Of a stretch of DNA of 64,000 bases, positions 19,504 to 30,127 are shown in pieces. The notes beneath the pieces were generated by a model. That model was not told the origin of the DNA, ran no database searches, and saw nothing but the letters and a program-made list of their open reading frames with translations. The position numbers and the translations under genes were made by a program. Every line of letters begins with the position of its first letter. The stretch's first letter is position 1. This stretch comes from Candidatus Sericytochromatia bacterium (GTDB lineage: Bacteria > Cyanobacteriota > Sericytochromatia > S15B-MN24 > UBA4093): NCBI GenBank assembly GCA_036676985.1, contig JAKFBU010000026.1, forward strand, positions 96,001-160,000, given 5' to 3'.

Positions 19504-20652
19504 GTGACCGAACGGCTTCGCATCTTGGAAGTGCTCGCCTCGGGGGCGGTGGGCGGCGGGTCCACCCACCTGCGCTGTCTGGCTCTCGGCCTCGATCGCG
19601 AGCGGTTCGACCTGGTGGTCGCCTGTTCGGACGACGGCCCCTTGGCCGATGACCTCGCGCGCGCCGGGATCCCCGTGGTGCGGGTCCCCATGACCCGGAC
19701 CGTGAACCCCGGGGCCGTGGGCCGCCTCATGGGCGTGATCCGCCGTCACCGGAGCCAGCTGGTGCACTACCACGGCACCCGGGCGGGGCTGGCGGCCGCC
19801 CCCGCCGCCCTGCTGACGGGGGCGCCGGGCCTCTACACCGTGCACGGCTGGAGCTTCCACCACCGCGGCTCGCACGTCCTCGAGGCGGCGGCCCGCTCCG
19901 TCGAGCGGGTGATCGCCCGCATGAGCCGTCAGGTCATCTGCGTCTCGCACGCCGACCGGGAGACGGGCCTCCAGCGAGGCGTGCTCGCTTCCGCGACCTC
20001 CGCTGTCATCCCCAACGGGATCGACCCTTTGCGCTTCTCTCCCCAGCCCCAGGTGCGTGCGCGCATGCGCCAGGAGCTCGGAATAGGGCCGGACGAGGCC
20101 CTCTTCGGCGTGTTCGGACGCCTCACCCGCCAGAAGGACCAGAAGAGCTTCCTCTTGGCCGCGCGCCGGGTGCTGGATCGCTTCGCCCATGCCCGCTTCA
20201 TGCTCGTCGGCGACGGCGAGGACCGCCCCATGCTCGCGGCGCTCGCCCAGGAGCTCGGGCTCGGCGACCGGGTGATCTTCACGGGCTTCCGCACGGACGT
20301 GCCGGAGCTCTTGAACGCCGTGGACGCCTTCGTGCTGCCGAGCCTCTGGGAAGGCCTGCCCATCGCCCTCCTGGAGGCCATGGCCGTGGGCGTGCCCGTC
20401 ATCGCGAGCGCGGTGGACGGCTCGGCCGAGGTGATCCAGCCGGGCACCAGCGGCCTGTTGGTCCCGCCCGAGGACGTCGCGAGCCTGGCCGGGGCCATGG
20501 GGGCGCTGCTCGAGACGCCGGCTTTGGCCGAGCGGCTCGCGCGGGCGGGGCTCGAGCGCGCCCGGGGGCGCTACGGCCTCGAGGCCATGCTCCGATCGAC
20601 CGAGCGCATGTACGGAGCCCTCATCACCTCCGAGCGACTGGCGGCCGCCTAG
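19504..20652 (+). CDS. Glycosyltransferase family 4
   Basis: TVHGW, IPNGID, PSLWEGLPIALLEAMA. Confidence 0.93.
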   Translation: MTERLRILEVLASGAVGGGSTHLRCLALGLDRERFDLVVACSDDGPLADDLARAGIPVVRVPMTRTVNPGAVGRLMGVIRRHRSQLVHYHGTRAGLAAAPAALLTGAPGLYTVHGWSFHHRGSHVLEAAARSVERVIARMSRQVICVSHADRETGLQRGVLASATSAVIPNGIDPLRFSPQPQVRARMRQELGIGPDEALFGVFGRLTRQKDQKSFLLAARRVLDRFAHARFMLVGDGEDRPMLAALAQELGLGDRVIFTGFRTDVPELLNAVDAFVLPSLWEGLPIALLEAMAVGVPVIASAVDGSAEVIQPGTSGLLVPPEDVASLAGAMGALLETPALAERLARAGLERARGRYGLEAMLRSTERMYGALITSERLAAA

Positions 20653-20687
20653 ACAGCGCCTGCCGGCTGACTCGACAAGGAGTTGCG

Positions 20688-21893
20688 ATGCTTGCCGAGG
20701 CTGTTTCCACCCTCTTGATCCCCGTCCAGGGCGTGCTGCTGTTCAACGTGGCCTTCTACGGCCTCGCCACCACCGGGGCGCTCATGGCCAAGCGCTTTCC
20801 CAAGCCCCTCAGGGCCGCGGGCGGTAGCCCCAGGCACCTGGCGGTGCTCGTATCGGCCCACGACGAGGCGGCCGTCATCGGGGGGCTGGTCGATAGCCTC
20901 GTGGCCCAGGAGTACCCGAAAGACGCCTACGAGCTCTTCGTGGTGGCCGATCGCTGCCAGGACGAGACGGCCGCCATCGCCCGCGTCCACGGAGCCCGGG
21001 TCTTCGAGCGTACCGAGGGCACGGGCTCCAAGGGGGCTGCCCTGCGCTGGCTGTGGGCGGAGCTCGGCGCCGAGCGCCAGGGCTTCGACGCCGTCGTGGT
21101 GCTGGACGCTGACAACCACGCGGATCCGCGCTTTCTGGCCGAGCTGGACCGGGGGCTCCGGTCCGGCATGCGCGTCATCCAGGGCCAACGGGTCGCCAAG
21201 AACCCCGAGGCGAGCACGGCGAGCGCCCTCGACGGGCTCGCCGAGGCCGTCCACCACCGGGTGGTGGCGCCTGGCCTCGACTGGTTCGGCCTCTCCACCA
21301 CCATCTCGGGCTCGGGCGTGTGCTACGAGCGATCGCTCTTCGACCGGCTCGTCGTCTCGACCAAGACCCAGGTCGAGGACTGCGAGTGGCAGCTCAGGCT
21401 GCACGAGTGGGGCGTGCCGATCCGGCCTCTGGCCGCGGCCAGGGTCTACGACGAGAAGATCCCCGACTTCGAGGCCATGGCCCGCCAGCGATCGCGCTGG
21501 GTGCAGGGCAAGCTCCGGCTCTTCGCCGAGTACGTCGGGCCCATGGTCTGGGGAGCCATGAACGGGCGACGCGGGGCCCTGGAGGGCACGGGCTTCCTCT
21601 TCACCATGGTCCCGCGCTCGGTGCTCCTGGTGGGGCTCGTCGCCATGCTCGCCCTCTCGTGGCTGCCCGGCATGCTCGGCTGGCGGTGGTGGGCGGCGGG
21701 GCTCGGGCTCATGGCCCTGCATCTCGCCACGGGGCTGGTCATCGACGGCGTGCGGCCCGCCGAGTGGCGGAGCTTGCTGCATGCCCACCGCTTCGTGCGG
21801 GTCTTCCTCGCGGCCTGCGGCCGGGCCCTCTCGCGGCGGCACGTGCCCTGGGTGCGCACGCCGCACGGAGAAAAGAAGGCGGGGGCCCCTTAA
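20688..21893 (+). CDS. Glycosyltransferase family 2 (membrane)
   Basis: AHDE, DAD, ED, QRSRW; TM helices. Confidence 0.9.
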   Translation: MLAEAVSTLLIPVQGVLLFNVAFYGLATTGALMAKRFPKPLRAAGGSPRHLAVLVSAHDEAAVIGGLVDSLVAQEYPKDAYELFVVADRCQDETAAIARVHGARVFERTEGTGSKGAALRWLWAELGAERQGFDAVVVLDADNHADPRFLAELDRGLRSGMRVIQGQRVAKNPEASTASALDGLAEAVHHRVVAPGLDWFGLSTTISGSGVCYERSLFDRLVVSTKTQVEDCEWQLRLHEWGVPIRPLAAARVYDEKIPDFEAMARQRSRWVQGKLRLFAEYVGPMVWGAMNGRRGALEGTGFLFTMVPRSVLLVGLVAMLALSWLPGMLGWRWWAAGLGLMALHLATGLVIDGVRPAEWRSLLHAHRFVRVFLAACGRALSRRHVPWVRTPHGEKKAGAP

Positions 21894-21921
21894 CGGGACC
21901 CCCGCCACCCAAGACGGGAGC

Positions 21922-22281
21922 TTAGGCCGAGAGCTTGCTCTTGGCCATGGTGGCCAGGTGCGCGAAGGCTTCGGCGTCGTTGACGGCGAGGTCCGCGAGG
22001 ATCTTGCGGTTGACCTCGACCTGGGCCTTCTTGAGGCCGTTGATCAGCTGGCTGTAGCTGAGGCCGTTGATGCGCGCGGCGGCGTTGATGCGGGTGATCC
22101 AGAGGCGGCGGAAGTCGCGCTTCTTGGTGCGGCGGTGCTTGTAGGCGTACCGCAGGGCCTTCATCATCGCCTGGTTGGCGGCGCGGAAGATCTTCTTGGT
22201 CGAGCCACGGAAGCCCTTGGTGAGCCGGAAGACTTTCTTATGGCGATTGCGGTTGATGTTACCGCGTTTGACGCGAGGCAT
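21922..22281 (-). CDS. rplT: 50S ribosomal protein L20
   Basis: MPRVKRG...[16 protein letters not shown]. Confidence 0.99.
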   Translation of the reverse strand: MPRVKRGNINRNRHKKVFRLTKGFRGSTKKIFRAANQAMMKALRYAYKHRRTKKRDFRRLWITRINAAARINGLSYSQLINGLKKAQVEVNRKILADLAVNDAEAFAHLATMAKSKLSA

Positions 22282-22328
22282 GGGTTACTCCTTCAACAAA
22301 ACGTTCCGAAAACAGGGCGGACTTCCGA

Positions 22329-22538
22329 CTACCGAAGGTACTTCGGGTAGGGGAGCGCGAACTTGACGCGCTCGGCGTCCTGCGGGCTGACGAGCGCCTC
22401 GCCGCTGATGCGGCGCAGACGGCTGCCGTCCTTGTTGACGATCAGGTGCTTGCGGAACGACTTGCGACGGATCACCTTGCCGGTCCCGGTCACGCGGTAG
22501 CGCTTCGCGCTCGACCGGTGGGTCTTCATCTTGGGCAT
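22329..22538 (-). CDS. rpmI: 50S ribosomal protein L35
   Basis: MPKMKTHRSSAKRY...LPY. Confidence 0.98.
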   Translation of the reverse strand: MPKMKTHRSSAKRYRVTGTGKVIRRKSFRKHLIVNKDGSRLRRISGEALVSPQDAERVKFALPYPKYLR

Positions 22539-22543
22539 GGGGG

Positions 22544-23068
22544 TTACTTCTCCTTCTTGGGGGCCAGGATCATGAAGAGGGTGCGACCTTCCTGCTTGGG
22601 GTCGCGCTCGACGACGGCGATGTCCTTGACGTCGTTGGCGAACTTGGCGAGCAGCTGCTGACCGAGCTCGGTGTGCTGCATCTCGCGGCCGCGGAAGCGG
22701 ACCGTGACCTTGACCTTGTCGCCTTCGGCGATGAACTTCTGGATCGCCCGCAGGCGGACCTCGTAGTCGTGCTGGCCAATCTTGTAGCTCACCGTCAGCT
22801 CCTTGATGCTGACGACGTGCTGCTTCTTCTTGGCCTCGCGCGTCTTCTTCTCGGTCTCGAACTTGTGTCGGCCGTAGTCCATGATCTTGCAGACGGGCGG
22901 GGCGGCGTCGGCGGCGACCATGACGAGGTCGAGCCCCTTCTCTTGGGCGATTCTGAGGGCTTCACGCGTGGGCAGGATGCCGAGCTGCGCGCCGTCCTCA
23001 CCGATGGTGCGGACCTCGCGGGCACGAATCCGGTCGTTGATTAGGGCGGTGTCACGTTCCCTCAGAAT
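22544..23068 (-). CDS. infC: Translation initiation factor IF-3 with ATT start codon
   Basis: INDRIRAREVR, PPVCKIMDYG, FRGRE; in-frame ATT at 23068 is 7 nt from a GAGGAGGA RBS. Confidence 0.96.
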   Translation of the reverse strand: MLRERDTALINDRIRAREVRTIGEDGAQLGILPTREALRIAQEKGLDLVMVAADAAPPVCKIMDYGRHKFETEKKTREAKKKQHVVSIKELTVSYKIGQHDYEVRLRAIQKFIAEGDKVKVTVRFRGREMQHTELGQQLLAKFANDVKDIAVVERDPKQEGRTLFMILAPKKEK

Positions 23069-23084
23069 GGTCGTTTCCTCCTCA

Positions 23085-23215
23085 AATAGCGAAGGCAGGT
23101 GTTCTCGACACCTGCCCACGAACGGAAGCTCCCCAAGCGGGGGTTCTGTCCGGCGAACCCGGCGAGCTGTCACGCGACGCTGCGGGGTGAGAAGGTGTGC
23201 TCCTGCTTTTGCCGT
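23085..23215 (-). promoter_or_regulatory. Probable L20 leader RNA
   Basis: AAAAGCAGGAGCACACCTTCTCACC ... GGCAGGTGTCGAGAACACCTGCC hairpin before infC, resembling the Firmicutes L20 leader. Confidence 0.6.
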
Positions 23216-23356
23216 TCTTGTTAACCCTCCCACTATAGCCTCCGAGGGATGCGGGAGTCAAGGCGGCCCGCTCGTGCCTTCCTTGCTTGACCCTCGGGGC
23301 CGATGGTATACTGCGCAGCGAGCGACTCCGCCGTCTATTGAGCCCGAACGGGCCGT

Positions 23357-24610
23357 GTGAAGGACCTCCACGCCATGGGACAGCGCCTGGCCGACCACGC
23401 CGGCCACCACCGGGCCGACGTGATCCGGTTTGCGACCGAACTCATCCGCACCCCCTCCCTGTCGGGCGACGAGGAGGCCGTGGCCGCGCTCATCATGGGT
23501 GAGCTGCACCGCCTCGGCTTCGACGCGGTGTTCGCCGACGAGGTGGGCAACGTGGTGGGCGTCCTCAAGGGAACGGGCAAGGGGCCGGGCATCCTCTTCT
23601 GCAGCCACATGGACACCTCCGAGCCGGGCGATCCCGAGCTCTGGGACCGCTCGCCCTACGACGTCGTCGAGGCGGACGGGGCCCTCTGCGGCCTCGGGGC
23701 CTCGGACTCCAAGGGGGCGATCGCTGCCCAGGTCTACGGGGCGGCCATGCTCCGGGCCATGGGCGTGCCGCTGTCGGGCGACGTCATCGTCGCCTGCGTC
23801 GTGATGGCCGAGCAGGCCGAGGGGTTCGGCATCGGCCACCTGTTCGACGTGACGCTGCCCGCCCAGGGCCTCAAGCCCGGCTTCGTCGTCATGGGCGACC
23901 CCACGGGCCTGGACGTCTTCCTCGGCCAGCGGGGCCGGCTGGAGCTCGAGGTCTCGAGCATCGGCCGCACCTCGCATGCCTCGGCGCCCTGGCTCGGCGT
24001 GAACGCCGCCTACAAGATGGTGCCCGTGATCGAGGGCGTCCACGAGCTCGCCGCCACCCTGCCCAGCCACCCCTTCCTGGAGCGGAGCACCATCGCCCTG
24101 ACCAACCTGGTCTGCACGCCCGCCCGCTACTCGATGATCCCGGACCGCTGCATCGCGTCCTTGGATCGCCGCTTCCTGCCCTCGGAGACCCTGGACACCA
24201 TCATCATGCAGGTGCAGTCGCTGATCAGCCGGGTCTCGGCCAAGGATCCGGAGTTCAAGGGCGAGGCCAAGGTCCGCATGGTCGAGGAGACGGCCTACAC
24301 CGGCCTGACCAAGGAGGTCCCCAAGCTCTTGATGCCGTTCGTCACCTCCGAGCGGCACCCCTTGGTCGCCAAGGCGGTGGGGGCGCTGGAGGCCCTGGGA
24401 CACTCGCCGAACTTCGACAAGTGGTATTTTTCGACCGAGGGGGGGTACGTTGCCAGCGTGGTCGGCCTCCCGACCATCGGCTACGCCCCGGGTGAGGAGA
24501 AGGTCTCGCACACCCCCTACGACCGGGTGCGGATCGACCATCTCATGACGTGCGTCGCAGGCAGCGCGGCCATCGCCCAGGCGATCGCCGCCGCCGAAAC
24601 CAGGGAGTAA
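23357..24610 (+). CDS. M20 family metallohydrolase (YgeY/ArgE/DapE-like)
   Basis: SHMDT, GASDSKG, GRTSHASAP, GEEKVSH. Confidence 0.88.
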   Translation: MKDLHAMGQRLADHAGHHRADVIRFATELIRTPSLSGDEEAVAALIMGELHRLGFDAVFADEVGNVVGVLKGTGKGPGILFCSHMDTSEPGDPELWDRSPYDVVEADGALCGLGASDSKGAIAAQVYGAAMLRAMGVPLSGDVIVACVVMAEQAEGFGIGHLFDVTLPAQGLKPGFVVMGDPTGLDVFLGQRGRLELEVSSIGRTSHASAPWLGVNAAYKMVPVIEGVHELAATLPSHPFLERSTIALTNLVCTPARYSMIPDRCIASLDRRFLPSETLDTIIMQVQSLISRVSAKDPEFKGEAKVRMVEETAYTGLTKEVPKLLMPFVTSERHPLVAKAVGALEALGHSPNFDKWYFSTEGGYVASVVGLPTIGYAPGEEKVSHTPYDRVRIDHLMTCVAGSAAIAQAIAAAETRE

Positions 24611-24619
24611 GGTTCCAGC

Positions 24620-25654
24620 ATGGCCACCGCGCAAAAGGACGAGGTTTCGCTCTTACCCAAGCTCTTGGACGGGATCGCCATCCTGGACGGGGACCGCATC
24701 GTGCACCGCAACCGGGCGCTCCTGCAGCTCCTGGTCGATCCCGGCGAGAAGACCGAGGTCGAGGGCATGCGGCGCCTCGAGCAGCTGCTCGCGGACCCGG
24801 CCGTCAAGGAGTTCCTGGCATCGGCCCCCGAGATCGAGGAGCACAGCCTCGAGCTCTTGCCCGACTGGTGGCAGGGACAGGTGCTGGGCCTGACGGCGAG
24901 CAACGTCGACGGCAAGAAGGTGCTCCTGGTCCACAACTGGACGGCCATCCACCGGCTCGCCAACATGCAGCAGGAGTTCGTCGCCAACGTCAGCCACGAG
25001 CTGCGCACCCCCCTGACCTCGATCCGCATGGCCGCCGAAAGTCTTCAATTGGGCGCGATGGCCTCCGAGAAGATGCGCGCCAAGTTCCTGAGCAACATCC
25101 AGCGCGAGGCCGACCGTCTCACGCGCCTGGTCAACGAGCTCTTGGTGGTCGCGAACCTGCACGGCCGTCCGACCCTGCACATGGCCGAGTTCACCTTCCC
25201 CGAGCTCGCCAACGAGGTCAAGACCACCCTCGAGCCGCACGCGGACCTCAACGCCGTCAACCTCGTCCTCAACTGCCCGGACGAGCTGCCGGTGTACCGG
25301 GGCGATCGCGACCGCATCCAGCAGGTGCTCATCAACCTGGTGGACAACGCCATCAAGTTCACGCCCGCGTCGGGATCCGTCACGCTGGATCTGTCCTTCA
25401 ACGCCGACAAGCAGGCCATCCAGATCAAGGTCATCGACACGGGCATCGGCATCCCGGAGATCGATCGGCCGCGCATCTTCGACCGCTTCTACCGGGTGGA
25501 CAAGAGCCGCTCGCGCGTGACCGGCGGCGTGGGGCTCGGCCTGTCCATCGTCAAGGACATCATCGTGGCCCACGGCGGCACGATCGAGGTCCAGAGCGAG
25601 ATCAACGTCGGGACCACCTTCCTCATCACGCTTCCCCTTGATCACGAGGGCTAG
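24620..25654 (+). CDS. Cytoplasmic PhoR-like sensor histidine kinase
   Basis: FVANVSHELRTPLT, NLVDNAIKF, DTGIGI, FYRVDKSRSR, GLGLSI; no TM helix. Confidence 0.92.
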   Translation: MATAQKDEVSLLPKLLDGIAILDGDRIVHRNRALLQLLVDPGEKTEVEGMRRLEQLLADPAVKEFLASAPEIEEHSLELLPDWWQGQVLGLTASNVDGKKVLLVHNWTAIHRLANMQQEFVANVSHELRTPLTSIRMAAESLQLGAMASEKMRAKFLSNIQREADRLTRLVNELLVVANLHGRPTLHMAEFTFPELANEVKTTLEPHADLNAVNLVLNCPDELPVYRGDRDRIQQVLINLVDNAIKFTPASGSVTLDLSFNADKQAIQIKVIDTGIGIPEIDRPRIFDRFYRVDKSRSRVTGGVGLGLSIVKDIIVAHGGTIEVQSEINVGTTFLITLPLDHEG

Positions 25655-25664
25655 AAAGGCTCCC

Positions 25665-26120
25665 ATGGCTATGGACGAGACGGGAGACGTTGCCCAGCAC
25701 GACCTGCGGCGGCGGGGCTACCGGATCACCCCTCAGCGCGAGCGGATCCTGAAGGTGTTCCAGGATCTCCCCGGAGGCACGCACCTCTCGGCGGAGGACC
25801 TCTACCAGCGCCTGGCGACCGAAGAGCCTCGGATCAGCCTGGCGACGGCCTATCGCACCCTCAAGCTGCTGGCCTCGGTGGGCCTCCTGCGGGAGGTCGA
25901 CTTCTCCGAGGGTCACAAGCACTACGAGTACAACCGCGAGGAGACGCCCCACCAGCACCTGATCTGCGTGGAGTGCGGCCAAACCGTCGAGTTTGCCGGC
26001 GAGGAGCTGGATGCGGCGGGCCGTACGACCGCCGAGCAGTTCGGCTTTCGGGTGGCCGAGGTGCAGATCAAGATCTACGGCGTCTGCCCGGCCTGTCAGC
26101 GGCGGCCGCAACGCCGCTAG
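25665..26120 (+). CDS. Fur family regulator (two CXXC motifs)
   Basis: RITPQR, HLSAE, LATAYRTL, HQHLICVECG, CPAC. Confidence 0.93.
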   Translation: MAMDETGDVAQHDLRRRGYRITPQRERILKVFQDLPGGTHLSAEDLYQRLATEEPRISLATAYRTLKLLASVGLLREVDFSEGHKHYEYNREETPHQHLICVECGQTVEFAGEELDAAGRTTAEQFGFRVAEVQIKIYGVCPACQRRPQRR

Positions 26121-26129
26121 GCGCGGGTT

Positions 26130-26170
26130 TTTAAGCCTCCCTTAATCTTCAATTAGGTGAAACTTACCCT
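26130..26170 (+). promoter_or_regulatory. Four direct repeats at 11-bp period (Pho-box/OmpR-type operator-like)
   Basis: TTAA 26131, TTAA 26142, TTAG 26153, TTAC 26164. Confidence 0.55.
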
Positions 26171-26354
26171 CATGGGCGCCACTTTTCACGTAAGTGGCGC
26201 TTGCTCGTTGGGTATAAGGAGCGTGGGATGATGCGGTCAGTGTTTACCGCGCTTTAAACTCACGTTGGTTTTCTCGCAAGATCGGACGTTAAGACGCCGA
26301 CAAGCATGGGAGACCAACCGGGCGATCGCGATCGCCGCCACACAGGAGGGAACC

Positions 26355-29300
26355 ATGGGCAACGTCAACCAGACATCGACCCGCGCCGCCGCACGGCCTC
26401 AGACGCCACCTCCCTCCGCGCAGTCAACGGCCCCCCTCGAGGCCGAGGCCCAAGCCCCCGCGAGTGCCCAGGGCACCGCGAGCACCGAGGCCGCCGGCAA
26501 ACCCAGCCGCGGCCTGTTCGGCCACGTGGCGGACGTCTTCATCGGCGGCGGCGAGGCCATCGGCGACATGGTCAAGGGCATCTTCACCGTCATCACCCAC
26601 CCGATCCAGACGCTCAAGGGCATCGGCCACGTCATCACCCACCCGGCGAGCCTGGTGCACGCCTTCATCGATCCCTACAAGCAGGCGATCGCCGAGGGTC
26701 GTCCCGGCAAGGCGCTGGGCCGCGGCATCGTGGAGATCGGCAGCCTGTTCATCGGGCCCGCCGAGATCATGAACGGCTTCAAGGGCGCCAAGGGCATCCT
26801 GACGGGCAGCAAGGGTGCTGCCGAGGTCGGCCAGGTGACGGCCAAGGCCGGCACGCTCGGCGCCAAGGGCGCGGAGCTCTCCTCCAAGCTCAGCAGCCAG
26901 GCGGCAGCGGCCCTCGAGAAGGCGGGTGCGCTCAAGGCCGTCGGGCACGTGGGCGAGGCCGCCAAGCTCGAGCAGTTCGCCCGGATCATGCAGAAGACGG
27001 CGGCCGTCGCCGCCCAGGGCACCGACGACGCGGTGGCTCGCGCCATGAGCCGCGCCACCACGGTCGCCAACCTCCAGAACATCAAGGTGGCCACCACCGC
27101 GGGCAACAAGGTCATGACCATGGCCGGGCTGGTCGAGCACTCCAACTCCCTGTTGACGGCTGCCGCCAAGGCGGCCGGCGAGGTGGCCGAGGGCGTGGCC
27201 AAGACCGCCGGCCGGACTGCCGCCAAGGGCGCCGGCGAGGTGGCCGAGAGCGCCGCCAAGGCCGCCATCGTCGCGACCGAGCCCGTGCTCACCAAGACCG
27301 CCATCCGCGAGCTCGCCACCGTCGGCATCAAGGACTCCAAGCTCATCCGCTCCGCTCTGGACGACGCCGCCAAGGTGTTCGCCACCGAGCGTGCCGCCGG
27401 CGCCACCTCGACGGTGGCCAAGGAGGCCGCCCGGGCGGCCGCTGCCGCGAAGCTCGGTCTGGAGCCCACCGCCACGGCCGTCGAGAAGCTCGTCAACGGC
27501 GTCCGCCTCCAGGGGGCCGTCGCGAACCCCGCCAACTACTTCACCCGCACCCGCTACGTCCGGCCCGGCCTGCACCAGGCGGCCGAGATCGTCGGCAAGC
27601 CGATCGACATGGGCATCGTCGCCGGCCGACAGCTCGCCCAGGAGGCGGGCGAGGCCGCGATCAACGCGGGCCAGAAGGTGGCCGGCGCCGTCCAGAAGAT
27701 CGGCGACCTGCAGATCCGCCAGATCCCGCATGCCCTCGGCACGGTGGCGACCTGGCCGTTCCGCGTCACCTACAACGCCCTGTCGGGCGCCGGTCAGGTC
27801 CTGCGCAACGGGCTCGCCGGCATCGCGGACCTGCCCCTGCGCCGCATCTGGGAGGTTCCCGCCGAGGGCGTGATGCGCGCCATCCAGACGGGCGCCCAGG
27901 TGGTCGGCCGGATTCCGGACCTCACGCTCGGCCAGATCGCCGCGGCTCCCTTCGCCGCCCTCGCCAACCCCTCGGGCCTGCTGCGTCCCGCGGTCGCCCT
28001 CAGCGTGCTCGGTCGCCTGAACGGCACCAAGGACATGCCGGCGGACGACGCGGCGATCGCCAAGAAGTACGGTATCCTCGGCACGCCCGAGAACGTCAAG
28101 GCGTTCAAGGACGAGGTCGCGAGCTACCGGGAAGGCGCCATCGGCCCCGACGCCGGGACGCCCGAGCAGGTCGCCCAGCTCCAGAGCGTGCTGCGCAAGC
28201 TCGGCTACGACGTCGAGCCCACGGGCACCTTCGACGAGGCGACGGCCCTTGCGGTCATCGACTTCAAGCAGAAGAACGGCATCTCGCAGGGCTACCAGCT
28301 CGCGGACGGCAAGCCCGCCATCAACGAGTACGTCGATGAGTCCACGGCCAAGGCGATGGTCGCCGCCCTCAAGGGCGAGGCCGGCGCTGCCGGCGATGCG
28401 GCCAACCTGCCCAAGGTCTCGGCCGAGGACGTCCAGCAGAGCCTCGACACGCTCGGCAAGGCCTTCGACGGCCTGCGCGACGCCAAGACCGATGCCGAGA
28501 AGGCCAAAGCCAAGCAGGCCCTCGAGCCCGCGGCCGTCGCGGCCATCAGCGACCTCATCGCCTACGCTTCCGCCAACCCGGATGCCAAGGAGGCCGTCCA
28601 GACCCAGCTCCAGGAGATCGGCAAGGCCTTCCAGGAAGCCGGTTACAGCGACGAGCAGATCCAGAAGCTGATGGACGACGCCAAGGCCCACCTGACGCAG
28701 CAGATGGAGGCCACGGCGCAGACCAAGCCTCAGGGCGAGGCCAAGCCCGCCGGCGAGGTCCCCGAGATTTCGGGCAAGCAGGTCCAGCTGTCGCTCGACG
28801 CGCTCGGCAAGGCCTTCGATGGCCTGCGGACCGCCAAGACCGACGCCGAGAAGGCGGCGGCCAAGCAGGCTCTCGAGCCCGCGGCCAAGGCGGCCATCCA
28901 CGACCTGACGGCGTACGGCCTCAAGAACGAGGGCGCCCGCACCGACGTCGAGGATCAGCTCAACGAGATCGCCGCCGCCCTCAAGGAGGCCGGCTACAGC
29001 GACGAGGCCATCAAGGCCCTGATCGCCGATGCTCAGAAGCCCCTCCTGGCCGAGGCTCCGGCCGAGACGGTCGAGGGTGGCAAGCCCGCCCAGCCCGCCA
29101 GCCGTCTGGAGTCCTACGAGGCCCACGTGGGGGCGATCGCCGACAGCCTGGAGCAGGTCAAGGCGGCCAAGACCAACGAGGAGCGAGTCAAGGCGCAGCA
29201 GGAGCTCCTGGGCCACTTCAAGGGCGCGGTCGAGGACTTCAACGCGATGATGGCGAACGTGCCGCCCGAGCAGGCGGCCGCGTTCCAGAACCAGCTCACG

Positions 29301-30086
29301 CAGCTGGGGACGGCGCTCACGCAGCTGGGCTTCAGCCGCGAGGAGATTGCGAACATCGTCAAGTCGGCCTCCAAGCCCGTGGGCACGACCTCGACCGGCG
29401 GCACCCAGGCTCCGGCGTCCCAGACTCCCGCGACGCAGGCTCCGGCCGCGACCCAGCCCGCCGCGCCGGGTGCGTCGACCGAGCCCAAGGTCTACACCGT
29501 CAAGAGCGGGGACACCCTGTCGCGGATCGCCCAGCAGGAGCTGGGAGATGCCAACCGCTGGCGCGAGATCTACGAGCTCAACAAGCAGGCCATCGGCATG
29601 AACCCGAACCTGATCCTGCCGGGTCAGAAGCTCCAGATCCCGGGCGCCAAGCCGGCTGCCCAGCCGATCAAGCCCCAGGCTCCCGCCCAGACGCCTGCTC
29701 AGTCGCCCGCCATCAACGACGAGGCCCTCGCGGCCCTCGTCAAGGAGAAGGGCCTCCTGAGCAACCAGGCCAACATCCAGGCCTTCGTCGACGAGGTGAC
29801 GTCCTACCGCGAGCAGGGCGCCATCGGCCCCGACTCCGGCAGCCCGGCGGTCGTCAAGCAGCTGCAGACGCTCCTTCAGCGCCTCGGCTACCAGGTGTCC
29901 AACTCGGGCGCCTTCGATGACGCCACGGCGGATGCGGTCATCGACTTCAAGGTCAAGCACGGCTTGCACCAGACCTACAAGCTCGCCGACGGCACCTTCG
30001 CCGTCAACGAGTACGTGGGCGAGGACACCGCGAGCGCGATGGTCGCCGAGCTCAAGAAGCGAGGCCAGTCCACCGAGGTCAAGTAA
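26355..30086 (+). CDS. Large Ala-rich protein with two PG-binding-like modules, three helical repeats and LysM
   Basis: AGGAGG RBS; [13 protein letters not shown]...[14 protein letters not shown] LysM; LQ..L..LGY....G.FD.AT..AV..FK modules. Confidence 0.85.
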   Translation: MGNVNQTSTRAAARPQTPPPSAQSTAPLEAEAQAPASAQGTASTEAAGKPSRGLFGHVADVFIGGGEAIGDMVKGIFTVITHPIQTLKGIGHVITHPASLVHAFIDPYKQAIAEGRPGKALGRGIVEIGSLFIGPAEIMNGFKGAKGILTGSKGAAEVGQVTAKAGTLGAKGAELSSKLSSQAAAALEKAGALKAVGHVGEAAKLEQFARIMQKTAAVAAQGTDDAVARAMSRATTVANLQNIKVATTAGNKVMTMAGLVEHSNSLLTAAAKAAGEVAEGVAKTAGRTAAKGAGEVAESAAKAAIVATEPVLTKTAIRELATVGIKDSKLIRSALDDAAKVFATERAAGATSTVAKEAARAAAAAKLGLEPTATAVEKLVNGVRLQGAVANPANYFTRTRYVRPGLHQAAEIVGKPIDMGIVAGRQLAQEAGEAAINAGQKVAGAVQKIGDLQIRQIPHALGTVATWPFRVTYNALSGAGQVLRNGLAGIADLPLRRIWEVPAEGVMRAIQTGAQVVGRIPDLTLGQIAAAPFAALANPSGLLRPAVALSVLGRLNGTKDMPADDAAIAKKYGILGTPENVKAFKDEVASYREGAIGPDAGTPEQVAQLQSVLRKLGYDVEPTGTFDEATALAVIDFKQKNGISQGYQLADGKPAINEYVDESTAKAMVAALKGEAGAAGDAANLPKVSAEDVQQSLDTLGKAFDGLRDAKTDAEKAKAKQALEPAAVAAISDLIAYASANPDAKEAVQTQLQEIGKAFQEAGYSDEQIQKLMDDAKAHLTQQMEATAQTKPQGEAKPAGEVPEISGKQVQLSLDALGKAFDGLRTAKTDAEKAAAKQALEPAAKAAIHDLTAYGLKNEGARTDVEDQLNEIAAALKEAGYSDEAIKALIADAQKPLLAEAPAETVEGGKPAQPASRLESYEAHVGAIADSLEQVKAAKTNEERVKAQQELLGHFKGAVEDFNAMMANVPPEQAAAFQNQLTQLGTALTQLGFSREEIANIVKSASKPVGTTSTGGTQAPASQTPATQAPAATQPAAPGASTEPKVYTVKSGDTLSRIAQQELGDANRWREIYELNKQAIGMNPNLILPGQKLQIPGAKPAAQPIKPQAPAQTPAQSPAINDEALAALVKEKGLLSNQANIQAFVDEVTSYREQGAIGPDSGSPAVVKQLQTLLQRLGYQVSNSGAFDDATADAVIDFKVKHGLHQTYKLADGTFAVNEYVGEDTASAMVAELKKRGQSTEVK

Positions 30087-30092
30087 GGCTCA

Positions 30093-30127
30093 CGAGGGGC
30101 GCCCGGCCAGGCGCCCCTCGGTTTTTT
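30093..30127 (+). terminator. Intrinsic terminator between the paralogs
   Basis: CGAGGGGCGCC-N6-GGCGCCCCTCG then GTTTTTT. Confidence 0.75.
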
